A program made the translations under genes and the position numbers. Of a DNA stretch of 64,000 bases, positions 55,641-64,000 are shown one piece after another (positions within the stretch are counted from its first letter, which is position 1; the number at the start of each line of letters is the position of its first letter). The stretch spans positions 92,325,455 through 92,389,454 of the forward strand of contig NC_068989.1 in assembly GCF_001194135.2 (NCBI RefSeq), written 5' to 3'. The DNA comes from Octopus bimaculoides (lineage: Eukaryota). The notes under the pieces are model-generated. The model saw only the letters and a list, made by a program, of their open reading frames with translations, was not told the DNA's origin and made no database searches.

Positions 55641-57076
55641 CAGGTTTCCCTGTTTACTGGTGGCTTTAATAAAGACATCTGTCCAAGGTGCAGTGCAGTG
55701 GGACTGAACACAAACCTGTGTGGCTGCAATGAGAAATCTTCTTCACACAGCTATGTCAGCACCTTGGTTTTGACATAACGTCATCCTTTTATATTCGAAA
55801 GAGAATAAAATCGATAGATTAAGAAAACTGCTAACATCATTCTTATAACAGAAAATAAACGTATTTTTTCTTTGTTTTTCTCCTTCACAGACGAAATATC
55901 AGTTCCGAAAACATCACATCACTCGTTCCTTCGAGGCATACAGATTTGCTAACACACGAATTTCTCTTACGTGTGTAATTTTTACAGACCAAAAACCACG
56001 ACAAATTTATTTAGAGTCTGTATTGTGTTTTTCTTTCAAAATGTTTCTTTCGAATTATGCAATTTAAACATGTGACCGTAGATATATTTACTATGAACCG
56101 TCACCTTCGTGGATTGTTTTTATTTTTCTGTTATGATTTACTTGTTTCGGTTATTGCGCTAAGACCTTGCTGGGTCCCAGATTTGAAGGATTTTAGTCAA
56201 AAATGTTGACCCCAGTGCACATTTGTCATGCGTAGCACTTATTCTGTCTAACTTCTTGGCGGAACCACGAAGCGACGGGTAGGAAGACAAACCAAAACTG
56301 GTTGTCAGACGGTGGGTGTACATACATACAAACACACACACGCATACATACACATATACATACATATATACATACAAACACACATACATACAAACAGACG
56401 CATACATGCATACACACATACACATAGATACATACAGACATACATACACACACACACACATACATACAGTCAATATGATATAAAAAGGGAAAAAAATTAC
56501 GACAGAATAAAAAGACAGAATATTAATTTCGATTTATATTTATACATTTGTTTTATATTTTCATTAACTAATTTCGGCCTGTTTGCTTTGTAATTTATAT
56601 TTTCATTTTTTATTACCACTATTTTTAGTTTTTTATTTTGGTATTTCTATAACTTATGTTGCGTTGAATTTATAAGCTAATATAAAGTAAAGACGGAATG
56701 ATAATTCTGGAAGGCGTATAAAACGATGGGTAAGTGAACGTCATCCAGAGGTATCACCACTCACCTGATGACGTGCTGTTGGGTCATATTCATTCATGTA
56801 ATTAACTATGGTAAAGGCAGCAAGACACAAGTGTTACCACTGCACAGAAGCAGTTGGTGTAATTTGCAATTAAAGCCTGTTCATTCCATCTTATTTCATA
56901 AATGTGTGTGTGTGTGTGTGTATTTTGATAGTTTGTGGCTTGCGTTTATAATTTCAGGGAACAAATTGTTCGCAGATCAGAGCTGATATATGCCAACATC
57001 TAGCAAATTGTTAAGTGTACCGTGAACAGCGAGAATCAAAACGATGACTTATGAATTATTAAAAATTTTAAAAAAT

Positions 57077-57622
57077 TTGTACCTAACCAACTCAGATTTG
57101 ACTCAAATTTCTTTTTGGTAACACGACTCTATGCATAAGGAACACGAATAATTTTAAGGTCCAATTCCTATGGGGTCTCAAAACTATACCTGGTAAAGAT
57201 ATGAGGATTACACCCCTCATGGAGCACGAATGTCAATTTATACAGAATTTGGTGATGAATATCTTTAAATCTAACCAGGGTATTTGACGGAAATTGGCTA
57301 CCCTGCGTAATCTGAACGTAGCCTGTCAGAATCTGCTATCAGTGTTTTTCTATTTCCCTTCATTTTAAGGTTATCGTCCTTTCAAATATGAACCTTTTCA
57401 ACGTATGGTAATAATTTTGCATAAAGTTTTCCAACGTCATTTCGCTACATTGAATATAAATTTAGAAGAGACACCACGGGTGGTGTGGCCCACAAATTAT
57501 GGCGGGGCATATCTTTGAAACCTTTAGGAATTGGACGCTAAAATTATGCTTGTGTTCCTAATGCATTGAGGGGTATTACTAAAACGAAATTAGAGCCAAA
57601 TCTGAATTGGTCACGTGTACAA
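57077..57622. mobile_element. MITE-like element with ~115-bp imperfect terminal inverted repeats
   Basis: ttgtacctaaccaactcagatttgactcaaatttc...atgcataaggaacac...gtccaattccta versus taggaattggac...gtgttcctaatgcat...gaaattagagccaaatctgaattggtcacgtgtacaa; roughly 80% identity by eye. Confidence 0.8.
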
Positions 57623-58968
57623 CTCTGGTTGAATTCATATAGGATGAGCCTTGCGTATTTATTCTTAATACGATCGAGCAGATTCGAACATGAATAAGCT
57701 AACCGCCATTGTATTTTGGAAATAGAGAACGGCTCTGTACTGTGAGGAGAATTTCCAACGTTTTCTATAAGGCACATTTAGCTATTAAATAAAGTAAATT
57801 CGTAGTGATGAAGTAAATATATAAACAGCTGAGTATTCCATAGTTATGTGCATCCACAATGCAACAGAACGCCGAATCATTGTGATGTACTTGACATAAC
57901 TGGACTTTTAAATTACAAGTACAAAGCTGAGAAAAAACACAGACATTAATTTACACTTATCCTACGCCGATCCCATTATAATCAATCACACATGAAAGTT
58001 AAAATGCAAAGTTGACCTAAGACGGATTTGATCGCTGCACGCTGCGATGTGGGACGAATATATCCACCTGTCGATGACATCGCCTGAAACACAACTTGAA
58101 ATGTCTGCAACCATTCATAAAATGTAAGAATACATTATCGTATAAGCAGGTGCAGACAGTCATATAACAAGCAAATAGAAGATTCTGTTGTCATGACACA
58201 GAAGTTGTAAGCCAAAGGTAACACGCCATAATAAAATATACGCAATTAAATAGAGAATTAAAAATTGTGTACAATAATTCAGACTTAACGTGGCACACTT
58301 TCCTCTTTCATTCTCTCTCTTTCTCACTTTGCTTATACATACACAGATACAATATATACAAAGATATGTATGTATATATACCCTATTTTTATATATANNN
58401 NNNNNNNNNNNNNNNNNNNNNNNNNNNNNNNNNNNNNNNNNNNNNNNNNNNNNNNNNNNNNNNNNNNNNNNNNNNNNNNNNNNNNNNNNNNNNNNNNTAT
58501 ATATATACATATATACATATATATATATATATACATATATATATTTAATTCTGTATAGAAAGAAGTTGTTTCTTAGGGATATATTATCCAAGCGTACACC
58601 AGTTGTGCACTAATGTTCATTAACGATATTGAAATTTTTTTTTACGTGTATATGTACTAGTATTCATCGTTGGTTCTCCTTCAATATTATTATTTTATAC
58701 CTCTGAAATTCCAGTTGTTGCGATGGAGATTTCCATTGTTTTCGATGATGGGTGAATAAGTTTAAACATTCAAAGAAAACCGTGAGTACATACATAGAAT
58801 AGTAAATGTATTAGCATAGTGTCGGCCATTGTATTATCATAGTCAGTAAGTACATTCATATTGCCTACGCTGTGTTTCGGCTGATTGCTGTCATTTATAT
58901 TTACAATTTTAAAGCGTATTATATATATATATGTGTGTGTATTTATACACACACACACACACACACAT

Positions 58969-59003
<35 letters not shown>

Positions 59004-59169
59004 CAGGTATATAGTTATATAAAAAGAGCACTAATGGAAAATATGACATACCTATACATATATATGTATATATAATTAAAAAACCGTGTCGTAAATTAAC
59101 AAGCGACAAGACAATAAACAGGATAAAGGCTTAGGGACAGACTAAGACAACTTGTAATATTCTCGATAA

Positions 59170-59725
59170 TAGCCGAAATTGCGCTCGACCTTCTGGCCGA
59201 TAACTGATGAGGAGTATCGGCCCAGGCCATGAATAACTCAGCAGCACCACCTGGAAAAGACTTTTAGTTAATCATGTCGGGACACCATGGACCACGCAAG
59301 CAGTGTGTTGTTGGTTGAGACGTATCCAGGTGTAGGTGGTTTATCCGTTATTCCCTGGAGGAATTTGTCCAGGTAGCGTTTGAAAGTTGTGGGGTCTTTT
59401 TCTACTTTAATTTCTTTCGGGATGACATTGAAAAGTACAGAACCATTTCCAGTGAAGAAATTCCATAGCAATGTTCTCTTGTGATATGATCTCGACCATT
59501 CTAGGGAACGCATTGGGCTGGGGCCTAGTCTTGGGTGAATTGTAAACATAATGCCAATATTATTTGAATAATATTGGTGGAATATTTTCCACATGGTACA
59601 AATAATGTATCGCTCACGGCGGCGTTGCAGAGAATATGGTTTCAGGTGTTTAAGTTGAACCCAATAATCAAGTCCTATCATGCCATTTATTTTTTTTGTG
59701 ATTGATCTTGTGACGCTTCGATTCC
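59170..59725 (-). mobile_element. CR1/L2-type LINE ORF2 3' end and 3' UTR; upstream part lost in an N gap
   Basis: LDYWVQLKHLKPYSLQRRRERYII...GSVLFNVIPKEIK...FKRYLDKFLQGITDKPPTPGY; 3' UTR hairpin ctggccgata/tatcggcccag. Confidence 0.9.
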
Positions 59726-61211
59726 NNNNNNNNNNNNNNNNNNNNNNNNNNNNNNNNNNNNNNNNNNNNNNNNNNNNNNNNNNNNNNNNNNNNNNNNNNN
59801 NNNNNNNNNNNNNNNNNNNNNNNNNNNNNNNNNNNNNNNNNNNNNNNNNNNNNNNNNNNNNNNNNNNNNNNNNNNNNNNNNNNNNNNNNNNNNNNNNNNN
59901 NNNNNNNNNNNNNNNNNNNNNNNNNNNNNNNNNNNNNNNNNNNNNNNNNNNNNNNNNNNNNNNNNNNNNNNNNNNNNNNNNNNNNNNNNNNNNNNNNNNN
60001 NNNNNNNNNNNNNNNNNNNNNNNNNNNNNNNNNNNNNNNNNNNNNNNNNNNNNNNNNNNNNNNNNNNNNNNNNNNNNNNNNNNNNNNNNNNNNNNNNNNN
60101 NNNNNNNNNNNNNNNNNNNNNNNNNNNNNNNNNNNNNNNNNNNNNNNNNNNNNNNNNNNNNNNNNNNNNNNNNNNNNNNNNNNNNNNNNNNNNNNNNNNN
60201 NNNNNNNNNNNNNNNNNNNNNNNNNNNNNNNNNNNNNNNNNNNNNNNNNNNNNNNNNNNNNNNNNNNNNNNNNNNNNNNNNNNNNNNNNNNNNNNNNNNN
60301 NNNNNNNNNNNNNNNNNNNNNNNNNNNNNNNNNNNNNNNNNNNNNNNNNNNNNNNNNNNNNNNNNNNNNNNNNNNNNNNNNNNNNNNNNNNNNNNNNNNN
60401 NNNNNNNNNNNNNNNNNNNNNNNNNNNNNNNNNNNNNNNNNNNNNNNTTAAGAACATACAAGCATATTGACATACGCATATTTTTATAAGCCCGTAAATA
60501 TCTAAAAATATTTTAAAACATTTATAAATACATAGGCATTTTAAAATAGAAGACGTCGATATGAAATAGGATATAGTAAATTATAAGTTCATAGGATATG
60601 TTACAAGGACTAAAGATTTCAAGTTACAACACAAAGTGTGTGGAAAGTAGAAAGTTAGACATTTTAAAGCATTTAAACGGAAATACTAAAATAAGAGACA
60701 ATGTTGAATGCATCCAAAAGTTTTATCGACAGGCTGTTTCGGAGACGTGTCAGTTAATAATGATATGAATTTCATATTTTAAATGAACCAGACACTCCAC
60801 TACACGAAAGACACCATTAAGACAATAAAGAAAAGGGCAACTCACATAATCACATAATCCAGCGAATTTGAAAAAAAAAAAAGTTTTCACCTTCCAGTTA
60901 TTCATTTTATATAATAGTAAAGGCCTGTGCAAAGTCTCATTCAGAATAGTCCATTATAGTATTCTTATTGTATTTTTAATATCATTCCCATGCTTATCCA
61001 CAACTAGCCATCCCTAGTTCAATTCATACCAATTACATCCTTGCCAGATAATTTTATATTACATATTTTAAATTTTAGATTTTAAATTATTATTTTTATC
61101 CTTATTTCGATTTCGTATTTCGATTTTCACTATTAATACTCTAATTCTTATTCTTATTTTTATTTTCAAACTTCCTCAAAAACGTCGAGTCGATCTTATG
61201 CTTGTTGATCT

Positions 61212-61590
61212 TTTACTTGTTGCAGTCATTTGACAGTGGCCATGCTGGAGCACCGCCTTTAGTCGAGCAAATCGACCCCGGGACTTATTCTTTGTAAGCC
61301 TAGTACTTATTCTATCGGTCTCTTTTGCCGAACCCCAAAGTTACAGGGACGCAAACACACCAGTATCCGTTTCCAAGCAATGTTGGGTGGACAAACACAC
61401 ACAGAAACCTATACACACACATTCATATATATATATACGTATATACGACGGGCTTCTTTCAGTTTCCGTCTACCAAATCCAGTCACAAGGCTTTGGTCAG
61501 CCCAAGGCTATAGTAGAAGGCACTCACCCAAGGTGTCACGCAGTGGGACTGAACCCGGAACAATGTGGTTGGTAAGCAAGCTACTTACCA
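61212..61590 (-). mobile_element. SINE family A copy, well preserved
   Basis: Complete head, CORE-like domain, microsatellite and tail, collinear with 16449-16850 and 23323-23971. Confidence 0.92.
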
Positions 61591-62056
61591 CAAAATATAA
61601 CGAAATATTAGTGCCAAGTAGTGCTTAGGCATAAGCAAAATTTAGATTAGCTAAAATATATTTGTGACATATTTCAAATACGAAAAGGCAAATTAACTGG
61701 AGTTACCGTAGATAAAATATTTCTCTTACGGTAAAGAGGTGGGAAAACATCAGCTTGTTCAGTGTCGCCATCAATCAGATTTCGCACACTTCGATGTTTT
61801 CAGCTTGTTGGCTTTTATCAATGAGAAATACCTAAGAGAAGCAACTCTGAATAAATAGCTCTATGTATAATAAAATCCAACTAACTTTTATAACTTATTT
61901 TTCATCTTTTATTTGTTTCAGCGCCATTCTAGGACAAACGAATGGACCCCACAACATTTTGCCTAGGTATTCTATCAGTCTGTTATACAGAATCATGGGG
62001 ACTAAACATACCAATATGTTTAGACATGGGGACTAAACATACCAAAACAGAGACAT

Positions 62057-62089
<33 letters not shown>

Positions 62090-62994
62090 TAGAGAGAGAG
62101 AGATACAGACAGACAGACATAGAGAGAGAGACAGACAGACAGCNNNNNNNNNNNCAGACAGACAGACATAGAGAGAGAGAGATACAGACAGACAGACATA
62201 GAGAGAGAGACAGACAGACAGCGATAGTTAGATAGATACATAGATATAGATATTGATAGATATCTTTCAGTTGAGATGAAATAAGTTGTCTGGTCATGGA
62301 TGGAAAACCGTTGATCATCAGATTGATGGATGTCTGATGAGCTGAGAGAATCAGTGCTAATAACTAGTGACAAATCCGTGTAGGTAAAACTGTTGAATAT
62401 CATGCTACAATTGGCTAGAAATATTGATTTACATTCCTCGTGGACAGAAATTTCATATATATATGTCTTCATGCGGAAGACAAATCGATTTTCATTCAAT
62501 ATTTTTACATTTTTTTTTACATCTGATGGTGGCACTCTAGTGTGATCTTAACTGTGATGACAACAAAGAAACTTAAAAGCTAATGGATATAAATATACGA
62601 CTAGAATTTCTTATGTTTTGAGTTTAAATCCCCCACAGGTATTTCGATGTACTTTGTGGATAATCTGGATAATATGATTAAGTGACTTGATTTAACACAG
62701 CAGCTTGAAAAGCTTGGGATATTGATAAGTAAAGAAGATATAAAAATACAATTCTGTTCATGACACAATAATTTTAACAGCAGATATGGAGTGATTCAAT
62801 GATTACTGATAATTGAAATTAAGAAGTATTTCGAAATTATCTGGATATTTTGATTGAAATATGATATACTTCACTAGTGCAGAGTTTACATATCTATGCA
62901 ATATTTATGCAATTAATCATGCGCTTAATTACTAATGTCCTAAAACCGCAAAATCAATCTTCCAACACTGACATGCTATAGCACCAAAACAGAA

Positions 62995-63440
62995 AGCGGC
63001 TGATAAGCGTACACCAGGCACATGCATCACAACCACATATGCGTGACATGGTGATCTCATATAAAGATAAACAGCGCGTAGCTTTGCAGGTTAGGCTCAG
63101 TCAGAATTTTGCTCAGGTCGAGTAGCCCATCCCACTCAAATAGTCCCCGAACAAGAGTGATGAATGAAAAACCTATATTTCCAAAGGTGACTTATCCAAA
63201 CCCCCAAATATTCCACTCAACACATGGCTATGATGCTCCCCCAGGGCTTCTGATCGTGAGCAGAGACGCACACATCGTCAGTCACTGAGGAACATGCTCA
63301 ACATGCAAATCTGTGGTATTGAGTAAAATATTTTCTGTAGACCATCCTTTATACCAAGACAAAACAATGTACGTGATAACAATTCTAATCAATTAACATC
63401 AGAAGCCATGAGAGCCACTGCTTGGTACTGCATCAGGGCA
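62995..63440 (+). repeat. Unclassified interspersed repeat ending in (TTA)n; related fragment at about 45170-45300
   Basis: ctgataagcgtacaccaggcacatgcatcacaacca (62999-63034) versus ctgataagggtacctcaggcacacccatcacaacca (about 45254-45289). Confidence 0.55.
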
Positions 63441-63469
63441 TTTATTATTATTATTATTATTATTTTATT

Positions 63470-63836
63470 GTCTTTGCACAGCTTCTAACGTTGGAGATGT
63501 ACTACAGTGACAGCTATTCACTACCAGTGAACTAAGGTAACACCCCCTTATTTTTCGAGTACCATCCAGAGTATTCGAGCGGATCCAAGCAGTGCTGGTT
63601 TCTGCAAGTCCTCCACCCTTATTGCAGCCCCTATATGTTCCATGTATTTCTCAAGGGCTCCGACAATTATTAGTACTACCACTAGCTTTTTCAGCGACCA
63701 CAACTGCTTAATCTCCCAAGCTAACCTATCATATCTATCAACTTTTCTTTCTTCATTATCGCATACCTTGTTGTCAGCTGGGCATGTTATATCTATGATC
63801 CAGCATCGTTTGCTTTCTTTCTCAATTAACACTATG
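63470..63836 (-). mobile_element. 5'-truncated R4/Dong-like retrotransposon: REL endonuclease C-terminus and 3' UTR
   Basis: IVLIEKESKRCWIIDITCPADNKVCDNEERKVDRYDRLAWEIKQLW...IIVGAL...LQKPALLGSARILWMVL, the PD-(D/E)xK restriction-like domain of R4/CRE-type elements; (TAA)n on both sides. Confidence 0.88.
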
Positions 63837-63907
63837 TGTTGAGAAAGAACTTATTATTATCATTATTTTTATTATTGTTGTTATCATCATCATCATTATT
63901 ATTATTA

Positions 63908-63969
<62 letters not shown>

Positions 63970-64000
63970 GTTCAGTAGTTTTATTTTTATAACGTGCTTT

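Noticed and set aside
62020-62535. 171-aa minus-strand ORF with about 90 non-repetitive codons
   Set aside because: No recognisable domain, and it runs into a microsatellite; likely a chance open frame.

Overview
AT-rich, gap-riddled eukaryotic DNA saturated with (TA)n, (CA)n, (TAGA)n and (TTA)n microsatellites. The SINE families match those I know from octopus, so a coleoid cephalopod short-read assembly is my inference, not a database result. I found no host protein-coding gene, rRNA, tRNA gene or CRISPR array that I can support; most listed ORFs are microsatellite or N-gap artefacts. The window is a transposon graveyard. It holds decayed non-LTR retrotransposons of four clades (CR1/L2-like, RTE-like, Tx1/L1-like, R4/Dong-like), Penelope-like element (PLE) fragments, Tc1, mariner and maT-like transposase remnants, several MITE/foldback elements and about 20 tRNA-derived SINE copies. 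Most notable: (i) a tRNA-like A/B-box module directly behind a PLE ORF, with the module-plus-tail linkage seen in two copies; (ii) many minimal hammerhead-ribozyme relics in PLE-type termini, plus one intact-core hammerhead with a long helix II; (iii) an R4/Dong-like element sitting inside a (TAA)n array; (iv) several long fold-back structures that would be dsRNA (ADAR/Dicer) substrates if transcribed. Coordinates of decayed elements are approximate and alignments were done by eye.
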